From a virus, in IMG/VR virus record IMGVR_UViG_3300045988_117355: a stretch of 64,000 nucleotides of DNA. One strand, written 5' to 3'. The translations under genes were made by a program, and so were the position numbers. Shown here piece after piece: positions 1-9,705 of this stretch (its first letter is position 1; each line of letters starts with the position of its first letter). The notes beneath the pieces are model-generated. The model had not been told where the DNA came from and searched no databases. It saw only the letters and a list, made by a program, of their open reading frames with translations.

Positions 1-703
1 CCTTAGCCTTAGAATCAGATTTAAGAACAGCAGGAGAATCCATTCTATAGAAATTTAAATAGAAGTAATTATCTCCTGTTAAAGTATATCCATTATATGT
101 ATAACCATATATACATCTTCTTTGTTGCTCTAACCAATATTTAACATAAGAAGGACCATTTATCTCAAATGAACTATACTTGCCAGTAGCTTCTTTAGTC
201 ATAGCAGGCTCTCTAAACCAATCTGGATCAAAATCTAATCCCTGTGTTTCAGTGATTGGTCTATATCCAGTTAATTCATAAGATAAATCTGGGTCAAAAT
301 ATTCTATTGGATCATCTATTCTCACATCCCAATTTGTGAACTTAACATCTTCTCCATTTACATGATATAACTTTCTAAATTCTTCATTATCAAAGTTTTC
401 TCTAGTCTGATCTGCAATTTCTAAAGATTGTCTTATGTAATCATTATCGTACAAAACTAAATCTTCTTCTTTTGGATCATCTAATAAATGCTCTGGAATG
501 TGATAAATAGTTGCTATTTCTTCATCTACTAAATCTTGAGAGTTTATTTTATCTAATAATTCCTGTGTTGTTTCTCTTTTACGATAAGCTCTTTTAGGCT
601 TAGATTCCTTTTCGAGTTTAGCTTTTTCCCTGGCTTTCTTCTCTTCCTCTTTCTTTCTAAGCTTTTCAGCATTACCTTTAGCCCCAAAAGTCTTCTTAGC
701 CAT
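1..703 (-). CDS. hypothetical protein, N-terminal ~234 aa only (C-terminus lies beyond window start)
   Basis: minus-strand ATG at 701-703, frame open to position 1; starts MAKKTFGAKGNAEKLRKKEEEKK; missing from the track because truncated. Confidence 0.45.
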   Translation of the reverse strand, partial: MAKKTFGAKGNAEKLRKKEEEKKAREKAKLEKESKPKRAYRKRETTQELLDKINSQDLVDEEIATIYHIPEHLLDDPKEEDLVLYDNDYIRQSLEIADQTRENFDNEEFRKLYHVNGEDVKFTNWDVRIDDPIEYFDPDLSYELTGYRPITETQGLDFDPDWFREPAMTKEATGKYSSFEINGPSYVKYWLEQQRRCIYGYTYNGYTLTGDNYFYLNFYRMDSPAVLKSDSKAK

Positions 704-705
704 AA

Positions 706-1284
706 TTAATCAAATAAACCAGGAGTCTGATCTCCTTTGATTTTACTTTGCTTTTCTAATGCCTTCTTATATCTAATCTCAGCATCTTTAATTTCATCTA
801 ATAATGGCCCAACACTTTTAGCTTCAGCTATTACATCTTTAGCCTTAAACACAGGACTTCCATCTTCTTTTCTCTCATTTAGATCTACCAAATAATCAAA
901 ATATATAGTTAATTTGTCTACTATATTATATACTGATTTAAGAAGTTTCCAAGTCCTATCATTCTCCTTCATCTCTTTAAAAGCTCTACAAGCTTTTCTA
1001 AATGTTTCATCATCAAACTCAGCTTGAGTCAGTTTAGAGTCTTTTAAAGCCATCTTATGTCTATCCTGCTCAGGATAATCAGCATAAGGAGATTTCCAAT
1101 TAAGCATTAGGTAAATATATTTAAATTCCCTAAATGCTCTTAATTTATATCTCCCTTCTACATCCTCAACACATTTATTTCTTTCTGGTTCTATTAATGC
1201 CTCAAACTCTTCCGTTAGTAAAATCGCAGGTTCTACTAACTCTAATTGTCCAGTAGCATTATTATACTGAAAAAAGTCTAACAT
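706..1284 (-). CDS. hypothetical protein
   Basis: 192 aa track ORF, tightly packed with flanking minus-strand genes. Confidence 0.45.
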   Translation of the reverse strand: MLDFFQYNNATGQLELVEPAILLTEEFEALIEPERNKCVEDVEGRYKLRAFREFKYIYLMLNWKSPYADYPEQDRHKMALKDSKLTQAEFDDETFRKACRAFKEMKENDRTWKLLKSVYNIVDKLTIYFDYLVDLNERKEDGSPVFKAKDVIAEAKSVGPLLDEIKDAEIRYKKALEKQSKIKGDQTPGLFD

Positions 1285-1350
1285 ATATCATTATTTAAAT
1301 TAAAAAAGAGTAACATAATTTTTATCTAAAAATTACATTACTCCTTAAAG

Positions 1351-1602
1351 TTATTCACTGGCTTTAACCAGTTCTAAATCTTTAGTTGAAATCACCATTT
1401 CATGAGGAACTTCTTCCTTATCAAACCACAAGCACTTCATTCCTAGAAGCACTTTATTGCAATCAGTTACTTTTTGTGTAATAAGCATATTTATTGGAGT
1501 ATTCTGTAATTCAGAATGTTTAATTCTTACTATATCTCCTGGTTTGAACATTACGTCTTTTTTATTCTCATAGTACATATTACTCTTCTTTTTTAAATCC
1601 AT
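1351..1602 (-). CDS. hypothetical small protein
   Basis: 83 aa track ORF. Confidence 0.35.
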   Translation of the reverse strand: MDLKKKSNMYYENKKDVMFKPGDIVRIKHSELQNTPINMLITQKVTDCNKVLLGMKCLWFDKEEVPHEMVISTKDLELVKASE

Positions 1603-2164
1603 AAACTACTACATTACCTCCTTGAATAATATACCATGTATCATCTCCTTCATCAGTAGTTACTGGAAGAGATCTTTCTCCTCCTTTTATATACATGATT
1701 TCCATTCCAGGTTTTATATTTTTAACATCAGGTCCAACTTCTAAAACTAAACCAGTTCCAATAAATCTCATATCCTCCATATCTTCAGTAGTTCCAGATT
1801 TAGAATTATATACTTTATCTCTTACTAAAATTATACCACTATTTCCAACTTCTGGAGCTAAATATGGACTTCTTTCATAGGGTTTAAACATAATAAAATT
1901 TCCTGTTACTTGAAGACACCAGTTTTTGCTCAATCTTTCCTCATATAGAGCTTTTTGTTTTCCATATTCTGTTTGTTGAACCTCTTCAATGTTTCTTCTT
2001 TTTCTTTCTGCCTCTAAAGAATTCCTTTTATTATCCTCTCTTAGTTGTTCTAAGGTCATTGGGATATTATTAAGTTCACAATCTTTAAGAGTTTTTCTTT
2101 CTAAATCAGTCATAATTTCATTAAATTCTTTACTCATATTCATTAATTTTAAATCATTAAACAT
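1580..2164 (-). CDS. hypothetical protein; N-terminal coiled coil, C-terminal beta-rich region weakly GroES/gp31-like
   Basis: 194 aa; E/K-rich heptad N-terminus; C-terminal SGIILV...GLVLEVGPDVKNIKPGMEIMY pattern; resemblance not verified. Confidence 0.4.
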   Translation of the reverse strand: MFNDLKLMNMSKEFNEIMTDLERKTLKDCELNNIPMTLEQLREDNKRNSLEAERKRRNIEEVQQTEYGKQKALYEERLSKNWCLQVTGNFIMFKPYERSPYLAPEVGNSGIILVRDKVYNSKSGTTEDMEDMRFIGTGLVLEVGPDVKNIKPGMEIMYIKGGERSLPVTTDEGDDTWYIIQGGNVVVYGFKKEE

Positions 2165-2434
2165 TTACCATTTATTTATAATACAATGATTATCTTTATT
2201 TCTAGCTTTAGCTCTTAATCTGCATCCACATCCTCTAAACCAACCATATAATGGAATATCAGATGTTTCATTAGTATCTGGATTTATCCATAAGGAACTA
2301 TCACACATACCACCTAATTTATCTAAGTACAGAGGACATTGTTTGCATATTTTAATTCTCTCTAAATATAAGTCCTCATTTAATTCTAAGAACTCTTTAA
2401 CATGTCCTCCAACTATATCAGAAATTTTCCCCAT
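2165..2434 (-). CDS. small Cys-rich (zinc-binding?) protein
   Basis: 89 aa with CKQCP, GGMCD, CGC clusters. Confidence 0.4.
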   Translation of the reverse strand: MGKISDIVGGHVKEFLELNEDLYLERIKICKQCPLYLDKLGGMCDSSLWINPDTNETSDIPLYGWFRGCGCRLRAKARNKDNHCIINKW

Positions 2435-2435
2435 A

Positions 2436-3404
2436 TCAAAATATAACAGGTTTATTTCTCTCTTCTAAGTCTTGTAAAACAAGTTGTTTTTTATAATATT
2501 TAAGCATCCTAATTATATCTTCTTTTCTGTAATCAAGAACATATTCATTAACTTGACCATCATGGGTAAAGTGAACTATTCTTAATTCATCTATAATAAA
2601 ATTAGGATTCATTTTTTGAACCATCCAAGCATATAAGGATAATTGTAATGTATAATGCATGTAATTACAATCTTGGATATTATTTAAAGGATATTTCATC
2701 ATTTCATGAGATCCTTTTTTCTTATCATAATAAGACTCCATTTTTAGTTCCTTATTAGTCTTCCAGTCCCAAATTTTAATATGATTACCATCTTTAATAA
2801 GTAAATCAGATTGACCAGCTATTCTTAATAATCCATCTTTAGATACTGATGATAAAAGTATTTCAGGATAAATAGCTCTTTCTAAATCTAATTTATGGTA
2901 ATTTTTATTTACTTTGAATTTATTCCCAACATTAAATTTATCAATCATTTTCTGTGGGTTCATGTAAAAAGTATTTTCTTGTTTGGCATGAACTCTAGTC
3001 CCATGCTCACAGGCTTCTTTATTAGTGTCTTTCCACCCAGATTTAACCTCTTCACATTTAGATTCAAAGTCTTCTGGAGAGATTCCAAAATTTAAATAAT
3101 AAGAATCATCCCATATTTTTTTATCTAATAACTTCTTTTTTACTGAAGAAAATTGATCAGCTCCAACTAAAGCTTCTAAGGCTTTATATTTACTCCAAAA
3201 ATCACCATCGAATTTATTCTCAAATAATCCTATTAGAGTAGTCACTGATATAAACTTTTTATCTTGTACTAATCCAGACTTACCTACGTATATATGCTTT
3301 TCATCATTATATACAACATCATCTGTTTCCTTATCTATCACTAATTCTTCACCACCAAATCGGAAATGTTTACTTACATCTCCATCATTCATACTCATTG
3401 TCAT
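2436..3404 (-). CDS. PD-(D/E)XK family nuclease (RecB/Cas4-like exonuclease fold)
   Basis: 322 aa; motifs GQSDLLIKDG...IWDWK (D..D/ExK) and YTLQLSLYAWM (QxxxY). Confidence 0.5.
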   Translation of the reverse strand: MTMSMNDGDVSKHFRFGGEELVIDKETDDVVYNDEKHIYVGKSGLVQDKKFISVTTLIGLFENKFDGDFWSKYKALEALVGADQFSSVKKKLLDKKIWDDSYYLNFGISPEDFESKCEEVKSGWKDTNKEACEHGTRVHAKQENTFYMNPQKMIDKFNVGNKFKVNKNYHKLDLERAIYPEILLSSVSKDGLLRIAGQSDLLIKDGNHIKIWDWKTNKELKMESYYDKKKGSHEMMKYPLNNIQDCNYMHYTLQLSLYAWMVQKMNPNFIIDELRIVHFTHDGQVNEYVLDYRKEDIIRMLKYYKKQLVLQDLEERNKPVIF

Positions 3405-3411
3405 AATATCA

Positions 3412-4095
3412 TCATTTTTTCTTTAATTTTCCCTCATAGTCAAATAGATCACTTAAATCCCTTAATGCAACTGATTCCTCATAGAAAATTTTATTAGTAT
3501 CTCTATAAGTAGAATCAGCATAACTTACTCCAACAAACCCAATCGGTGTGCCATGTAATTCAAAATACATCAAGTACATTTGTTTAGTAGAATTCTTTTT
3601 AACCATAGTATAAGTAATAGGATCATAATATTTAATTTCCTCTATATCCCTTATTGCTACAGTATTCTCAGTAAACACTCTTGACATAGTTTTAAAATTG
3701 GAATTGTTTTGCTTTTGGTAATTACTGGCAATTGAAGTAATTCCGGGTTTAACATCTTCATTATTAATGGTAAAGTATAAGAAGTGAAGTCCAGTTAATC
3801 CAGTAACAGTGTTACTATACTCACCAAGAAAAGTTCTGTCAGCACCTAATCTAAGTCTTAGATTTTTTAAGATTTTATCAATCTCTCCAGAAATCTCTCC
3901 TCGATATTTAATAATCCTATCTTGCATATCTCGTCTTTCCACAAAAACAGAATGAACTCCATTTTCAATAGCATTCTTTACATAACTAGGAACGCCAAGC
4001 ATAGCAAGTATAAGAACTGTTATTAAAAAACACTTAGGATGTTTAATGACTTTGTGCTTTATCAAAGTATTAAACAATTCAATTAATTTTATCAT
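3412..4095 (-). CDS. membrane-anchored hypothetical protein
   Basis: 227 aa with N-terminal hydrophobic helix CFLITVLILAMLGV. Confidence 0.45.
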   Translation of the reverse strand: MIKLIELFNTLIKHKVIKHPKCFLITVLILAMLGVPSYVKNAIENGVHSVFVERRDMQDRIIKYRGEISGEIDKILKNLRLRLGADRTFLGEYSNTVTGLTGLHFLYFTINNEDVKPGITSIASNYQKQNNSNFKTMSRVFTENTVAIRDIEEIKYYDPITYTMVKKNSTKQMYLMYFELHGTPIGFVGVSYADSTYRDTNKIFYEESVALRDLSDLFDYEGKLKKK

Positions 4096-4206
4096 TCCTA
4101 TACCCTAATTAATTTATGATTAGATTTACTTTTTATTCTGCAAATATAATTATATCTTGCAACATAAAAAAGATATAATATGAGTTTTTAAAATTTTTAT
4201 CATGAA

Positions 4207-4524
4207 GTGATTATTAGACAATTAAATTATATTGATATGAGTTTAAGTATAAAAGATTTTCAAAATTTAAACATAGACTTATCTGGCATAGACTTGTCAG
4301 AATATATAGATGAAACAGAAAATTCATTGGATGAACAAATGGAATTATTTCTAAAGAAAGGTGGTAAGATACATATAAAGAAAGCTAATAGAGGTAAGTT
4401 TACTAAATATTGTGGAGGAAAAGTTACTTCCAAATGTATTGCTAAGGGAAAGAATAGTTCTGATCCCGCAGTTAGGAAGAGGGCTACCTTTGCTCAAAAT
4501 GCCAGGCGCTGGCATAAGAAATAA
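4207..4524 (+). CDS. hypothetical protein with basic C-terminus
   Basis: 105 aa track ORF. Confidence 0.4.
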   Translation: MIIRQLNYIDMSLSIKDFQNLNIDLSGIDLSEYIDETENSLDEQMELFLKKGGKIHIKKANRGKFTKYCGGKVTSKCIAKGKNSSDPAVRKRATFAQNARRWHKK

Positions 4525-4532
4525 TTCTAAAA

Positions 4533-5192
4533 ATGGGAATTAAGAAATTTAAAAAGTGTTCTTGTTGTGAAAAAGAGCTCCCAGCTAATAAAAACTATTT
4601 TAAAAGAATAAAAAATAAAGAGACTTCTAAGGAAGAACTAAGTAATGTTTGTAGAGGGTGTGAAAACAAATTACTGTTAGAAGAGAATTGGAAGGACGGT
4701 AAATTAAAATGTTTTATATGTGGAGAATATTTAGATGAAGATAACTTTTCACATAGTGAGCATTACGAGTATAGAAATCATAGAGATAAAAGATGTACAA
4801 AATGTAAAACTTTACAAAGTAAATTAGCAAGATCAAAATATTCAGATGATCAGAAGCTGGAGAAGACTCTTAGAAATAGACTAGATGGAGCTAAAAGAAG
4901 AGCCATAAAGAAAAATATTCCTTTTGATTTAGATTTGGAATTTATAAGAAAACTGTGGGATGAACAACGTGGACTGTGTAAAGTATCTAAGCTGCCTATG
5001 ACATATACTTTAGATAGTGGAAGAACTTTTTCTAATGTAAGCATTGATCAAATAAATCCTTCTTTAGGATATACTAGAGATAATATACAACTTGTATGTA
5101 TGTCTATAAATCAATTAAAATCAGATTTTGATATGAATACAGTTTTACTAATTTGCTCTAATGTAGTTAAAAATTACGAAAATGTCAAGTGA
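4533..5192 (+). CDS. zinc-ribbon protein with HNH-like C-terminal domain (catalytic His position is Gln)
   Basis: four CxxC pairs; C-terminal SIDQINPSLGYTRDNIQLVCMSINQLK fits the HNH pattern DHIxP..G...N.qLlC..CN..K with H replaced by Q; paralog at 13254-14237. Confidence 0.45.
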   Translation: MGIKKFKKCSCCEKELPANKNYFKRIKNKETSKEELSNVCRGCENKLLLEENWKDGKLKCFICGEYLDEDNFSHSEHYEYRNHRDKRCTKCKTLQSKLARSKYSDDQKLEKTLRNRLDGAKRRAIKKNIPFDLDLEFIRKLWDEQRGLCKVSKLPMTYTLDSGRTFSNVSIDQINPSLGYTRDNIQLVCMSINQLKSDFDMNTVLLICSNVVKNYENVK

Positions 5193-5907
5193 AAAATATG
5201 TAAAAGATATTAGTAAATTTCAAATGGGAGGAACTATGAATGGTTTATCTCCTTTACCCATTTGGAGTTTATTTAAATCTAGTAAAGAAGTTAGGGAAGA
5301 ACCTAAAAAAGTATCTAAACAACCTCAATTTGAATCTAATAAATCAATCTATGAGGATAAAATTAAATCTAATCCTAAATTTGATAAGAGAATAAATTGG
5401 GATAATATAGATTGGCTACAGCAATTTTTTCATAAAAATCTAGGATATAAAACATCCTTAGGAATATTACCCTCTGTTATTAAAGAAAGTTTTGGGAATC
5501 CTAAAATTAAACAGATAGGTGGAGGGCCTGGATATGGATTATTACAGTGGGAGAAAGGATCTGATAGATATAATAGAATGATGAAGTATCGCACTGATAG
5601 TATTATTCCAGGAGTAGATCCAGAGCTTCAAAGGCAAGCAGAATTTATTATTAACACTACACTTGACTCTCAGCATCCAGATGATTGGCATCATGGAGGT
5701 AAAGGAAGTGGGTTTAATACTGCTGAAGATGCAAGAAAGGCTTTTATTAGTAGAAAAAGTTCTGCTGAAGAAAAAGCTTATGCATTGTCTGCTGGATATG
5801 TAAGACCTAAAGAAGGATTAAATGAAGCTAAGAGAAGAAGTAAAATGACACACTCATTAGATTCTTTATATAATAGTAAGTATTTTAAAATGTTATCAAA
5901 TAAGTAA
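5182..5907 (+). CDS. hypothetical protein, possible virion-associated peptidoglycan hydrolase
   Basis: 241 aa; GPGYGLLQWEKGSDRY motif reminiscent of phage tail lysozyme GLxQW signature; weak. Confidence 0.35.
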   Translation: MSSEKYVKDISKFQMGGTMNGLSPLPIWSLFKSSKEVREEPKKVSKQPQFESNKSIYEDKIKSNPKFDKRINWDNIDWLQQFFHKNLGYKTSLGILPSVIKESFGNPKIKQIGGGPGYGLLQWEKGSDRYNRMMKYRTDSIIPGVDPELQRQAEFIINTTLDSQHPDDWHHGGKGSGFNTAEDARKAFISRKSSAEEKAYALSAGYVRPKEGLNEAKRRSKMTHSLDSLYNSKYFKMLSNK

Positions 5908-5909
5908 TT

Positions 5910-6104
5910 ATGTTAGGAGGAATAATATTTGTATTCATAGTTTGGTTCGTCCCTATGATTTTATGGTTGATATTCCAAAATCCATTTAAAAAGAATTCTT
6001 CTTGTGAAAGTGGTAAAACTGAGAATAAGTTAGATAAGAAAATATTTTGGGCTGCTTTATCTATTGGTATAGCAATTTTATTAGGAATAATTATATTAGC
6101 ATAA
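5910..6104 (+). CDS. small two-TM membrane protein (holin-like size)
   Basis: 64 aa with two hydrophobic segments; sits in lysis/structural neighbourhood. Confidence 0.35.
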   Translation: MLGGIIFVFIVWFVPMILWLIFQNPFKKNSSCESGKTENKLDKKIFWAALSIGIAILLGIIILA

Positions 6105-6105
6105 A

Positions 6106-6783
6106 ATGTCAGAGTTAGGTAAGAATTATATAGATGTAGAAGTAGGAGACAATGATTATGTCTGTAGAGTAGCCTACGATACTTGGGAAAAAGGTAGAGG
6201 ATTAATGAATGAGGAGAATCTGGGAGATAATGAGGGGATGTTATTTATATATGATGAACCTCAAGAAGAGATCTCCTTTTGGATGAAGGATACTCCTTTA
6301 GATTTAGATATTGTATTTATATGTCCATGTAAAAAAGTTATTTCAGTTGGACAAGGAATAGCTAATACCACTGATCTAATAACAGAGAATAATGTTCAAT
6401 TTGTACTAGAGGTAAAAGCTGGATCAGGAATAAAAGAAGGAGATGAAGTAGAATTCGATGGGTTAGAAGATTTTATTGAAGATAGAATTGAATCATTACC
6501 ACAAGAAAATGTTGAAAAAGTTCTTGATTCTGAAAGAGAAAAACTCTCTGCTCTTCTTAAAGTATTAGATCCTGAGGGAGAAGTTCAATTGGTTATAAAA
6601 GGAGATGTTAGAATATTCTCTAGAAAGAATACTAAAGTCCTAATTAGACAAGCCAAGAAAGCTGATAAATTAAAAACTGATTCAGCCTATAAAAGATTAG
6701 GAAAATCAATATTTAAATACATGAAAATACAAGATGAGAATGGGGAAGAATATGTAAAACCTAATAAGAAGAATAATGAGTAA
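6106..6783 (+). CDS. hypothetical acidic protein
   Basis: 225 aa track ORF. Confidence 0.4.
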   Translation: MSELGKNYIDVEVGDNDYVCRVAYDTWEKGRGLMNEENLGDNEGMLFIYDEPQEEISFWMKDTPLDLDIVFICPCKKVISVGQGIANTTDLITENNVQFVLEVKAGSGIKEGDEVEFDGLEDFIEDRIESLPQENVEKVLDSEREKLSALLKVLDPEGEVQLVIKGDVRIFSRKNTKVLIRQAKKADKLKTDSAYKRLGKSIFKYMKIQDENGEEYVKPNKKNNE

Positions 6784-7348
6784 AAAGATAAATCTAATCA
6801 ATTTAATTCTTGAAGGAGAAGGAGGATATGTAAATGATCCAGATGATTCTGGAGGAAGAACTTATAAAGGAATCTCTGAAAAGAATTTCCCTAATTGGGA
6901 AGGTTGGAATATAATTAATAAGTATGAACCACTGAAAAGAGGACAAGTGATTAGGGATGAGGATTTAGAGGAAGAAATATATGAATTTTATTTAGTTCAC
7001 TTCTATTCCAAACTAAAAATAGATCAGATTAATAATTTATATATCTCAGCTCATCTATTGGATCATGGAGTTAATGCTGGAATCTCTAATGGTGTTAAAT
7101 GTTTACAAAGAGCAGTTAATAAGACTTGTCCAGCTAATTTATCTGTAGATGGTAAAATTGGCCCTAGGACAATTAATGAGGCAAATACCTGTAGTCCCAG
7201 AATACTTTTAGATAATTTTATTAAAGAAAGACAAGAATACTATAAATCTATTGTGACCAAGAATCCTAAACAAGAGAAATTTTTGAAGGGATGGTTAAAT
7301 AGAATAGATAATGTAAATAAATATATTAACAATTTAAAAGAGAAATAA
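6776..7348 (+). CDS. GH108-family lysozyme with C-terminal peptidoglycan-binding (PG_binding_3-like) domain
   Basis: N-terminal EGEGGYVNDPDDSGGRTYKGIS matches GH108 EGGYvndpdDpGGaTnyGI; C-terminal SVDGKIGPRTINE matches PG-binding motif. Confidence 0.7.
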   Translation: MSKKINLINLILEGEGGYVNDPDDSGGRTYKGISEKNFPNWEGWNIINKYEPLKRGQVIRDEDLEEEIYEFYLVHFYSKLKIDQINNLYISAHLLDHGVNAGISNGVKCLQRAVNKTCPANLSVDGKIGPRTINEANTCSPRILLDNFIKERQEYYKSIVTKNPKQEKFLKGWLNRIDNVNKYINNLKEK

Positions 7349-7439
7349 TTATGGCTTGTAAAGGTAGTAAAAAATCTGGATCTTCTAAAGGAAAATCCGG
7401 AAAAGGAAGTAAATAATTAATTAATAATTTAAATTAGGT

Positions 7440-7930
7440 ATGGCAATATATGTAGGAAACACATTAGTTGCTGATGTAGGAGGGGGGGGGTAAACCTCTC
7501 TACCTCTACTGCAACTAGATATTTAGTTGGATCGGCTTCTACTACAGGAGATACTGAAAATTTGTATACTAATTCTAATTGTTATATGAGTAATAATAAT
7601 TTATATAGTAATGGTAATAAAGTAGTGACAGAAACTGACTATCTTAAATTAGTAGGGGATCATAGGGCAACTGTTAATGGATATATAACATTGGGGAGAA
7701 TAAAAATTAATTGGGGAACATTATCTATAGGCCCAAATACTAGAGGAAGCACAAATTTTGCTAGTTCTTTTGGTGGAAATCCTTATACGGCAGTTTGTAC
7801 ATGGGATTATGATGCTGTAGGAGGACAAGAAAATTATGCAATTTATCAGTTATCTTCCTCAACAATTTATATTGTTAATGGTGAAGGAACCACCAGATTA
7901 TTTAGATATATAGCTATAGGTCCAGCATAA
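7440..7930 (+). CDS. Asn/Ser/Gly-rich structural-like protein interrupted by a frameshift at a G9 tract
   Basis: ATG 7440 reads MAIYVGNTLVADVGGGG then TAA at 7491; frame +2 stays open from 7475 through track ORF 7562-7930; N-terminus MAIYVG matches MAVYVG of gene 8578; one extra G would fuse the frames. Confidence 0.4.
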
Positions 7931-7931
7931 T

Positions 7932-8339
7932 ATGAAAATTAAATACTCTTCATTGATTCCATTTAAAGGATTTTATGCAATAAATCTTTATGGAACTATG
8001 TATATTAGGAAAGAATTTAAAGATAGTCCTTTGAGATTAGATGAGTATGATATAAATCATGAAGAAATTCATTCAGCTCAAGCAAGGGACTTCTGTAAGA
8101 TAAACTGGATAGGATATACTATATTCTATATATTTTATTTCTTATTCTGGTTAGTAGAATTAGTAAGACCTCCATATGATGAGGCATATCATGATATATG
8201 TTTTGAAAAGGAAGCATATATTCATGAAAATAATTTAGATTATTTAAAACAAAGAACTAGGTGGTGTTGGTTAAAAGAAAAGTATTGGAGAAATTATGAA
8301 GAACCTAGGAAAAATAAGACTAAAAAGTATAATCAATAA
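7932..8339 (+). CDS. hypothetical protein with central hydrophobic segment
   Basis: 135 aa track ORF. Confidence 0.4.
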   Translation: MKIKYSSLIPFKGFYAINLYGTMYIRKEFKDSPLRLDEYDINHEEIHSAQARDFCKINWIGYTIFYIFYFLFWLVELVRPPYDEAYHDICFEKEAYIHENNLDYLKQRTRWCWLKEKYWRNYEEPRKNKTKKYNQ

Positions 8340-8350
8340 ATTTAAATGAT

Positions 8351-8569
8351 ATGAATAAAATTAGAGAAATAATTAATAAAATTTTATCTACTAAAGTAGG
8401 AAAGTTCTTATTTGAATTTACTAACATGGTTGCATTGATATTCTTAACTATTTATATGTTTGCACATGTTGAAATTGTTTTTGGAATAATTGCATTATTC
8501 TGTGCATTTTCTAATGCTTTAGTATTAGTTGATAAATATTTTATTAAGAATAAAAGTAAAGTAAAGTAA
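8351..8569 (+). CDS. small membrane protein
   Basis: 72 aa, two hydrophobic helices. Confidence 0.35.
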   Translation: MNKIREIINKILSTKVGKFLFEFTNMVALIFLTIYMFAHVEIVFGIIALFCAFSNALVLVDKYFIKNKSKVK

Positions 8570-8577
8570 AGTAAAAT

Positions 8578-9447
8578 ATGGCTGTATATGTAGGAGCCGA
8601 TGAGTTATCTAAAATATATGTTGGAAATTCTAATGGAAATAGTATTTATTTAGGAGATAAAAAGGTTTGGCCTAATTATCCTGATTTAGATCCTATAGTA
8701 GCACAGATAACAAAAGATTTAAAAATAGTGCCTATCCATTATTGCAAATTTGATGGAAATATAACACAAACTCCTTTACTTATTGATGGAGTTCAAATGA
8801 GTCCTATTAACTTTATCAGTACTCCAAACAGTCCTACATATGAAAAAGGTGTTGGAGGGAGGAAAGCACTGAAATGTAGTTATGTTGATATTTCTTTAGC
8901 TCAATTAGCTAAAGCACAACATAGTGTATTCATATCAATGCTAATAAAACAAACTACTTCAAATAGTACTTATTCAGGAGTTTTAGGAGGAACTATATTT
9001 GGATTAAATACTAAAGGATATGGATATGCTTTAGGATGGGGTCCTAGTATACAAAATAATAAAATCTGTGCTGAAAGTTATGCTGGTGGTGCAGCAGCAA
9101 CTTCTTATAATACTGTTATGACTGCCAATAAATGGCATCATGTTATGATGGAATTTAGAAGTCCAATAACTGCAACAGGAGATGGAACACCAACATCTTT
9201 TCTTTCTATAAATGGTTCTGAATTTACTAAAGGTGTTGGAGCAGGTAGTATAGGTAGTCCATTAGATTATAGTGATTTATCTAGTGAGCAAGGTGATAGT
9301 TACATTCATTTGGGTTGTGTATGGCAGAGTGGAAAAAAATACTTTAAAGGACTTATTCAAGATTTTGTATTATGGATAGATAACAAACTTACAGATGCTC
9401 ATGTAGAATTATTAAAAAATTATTATAGAGAACTTGGAGTATATTAA
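8578..9447 (+). CDS. hypothetical structural-like protein (Gly/Ser/Thr/Asn-rich)
   Basis: 289 aa; shares MAVYVG start with 7440 gene; followed by bidirectional terminator. Confidence 0.45.
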   Translation: MAVYVGADELSKIYVGNSNGNSIYLGDKKVWPNYPDLDPIVAQITKDLKIVPIHYCKFDGNITQTPLLIDGVQMSPINFISTPNSPTYEKGVGGRKALKCSYVDISLAQLAKAQHSVFISMLIKQTTSNSTYSGVLGGTIFGLNTKGYGYALGWGPSIQNNKICAESYAGGAAATSYNTVMTANKWHHVMMEFRSPITATGDGTPTSFLSINGSEFTKGVGAGSIGSPLDYSDLSSEQGDSYIHLGCVWQSGKKYFKGLIQDFVLWIDNKLTDAHVELLKNYYRELGVY

Positions 9448-9450
9448 AAT

Positions 9451-9487
9451 AAAAAAGGACTAATCAATTAAGATTAGTCCTTTTTTG
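9451..9487. terminator. bidirectional rho-independent terminator between convergent genes
   Basis: A-run, perfect hairpin GGACTAATC-aattaa-GATTAGTCC, then T6. Confidence 0.7.
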
Positions 9488-9703
9488 TTATACTTTTATT
9501 TCATTTATTAGATTAGTAGAACAATAAACTTTTCCATTTTTCCACCAATCATTCCAATTGCCCGAGCCAGTATTCCAAGGAGTGCTAGTTATAGTGTAGG
9601 GTCGACTATTTTTTATATTTATTTGAATATCTATATCTAAATCTTTTATATTACTTAGCTTTTCTAAAGCTTCAGCAATTTCTTTCAATTCACTTATTCC
9701 CAT
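9488..9703 (-). CDS. hypothetical small protein
   Basis: 71 aa track ORF. Confidence 0.35.
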   Translation of the reverse strand: MGISELKEIAEALEKLSNIKDLDIDIQINIKNSRPYTITSTPWNTGSGNWNDWWKNGKVYCSTNLINEIKV

Positions 9704-9705
9704 AT

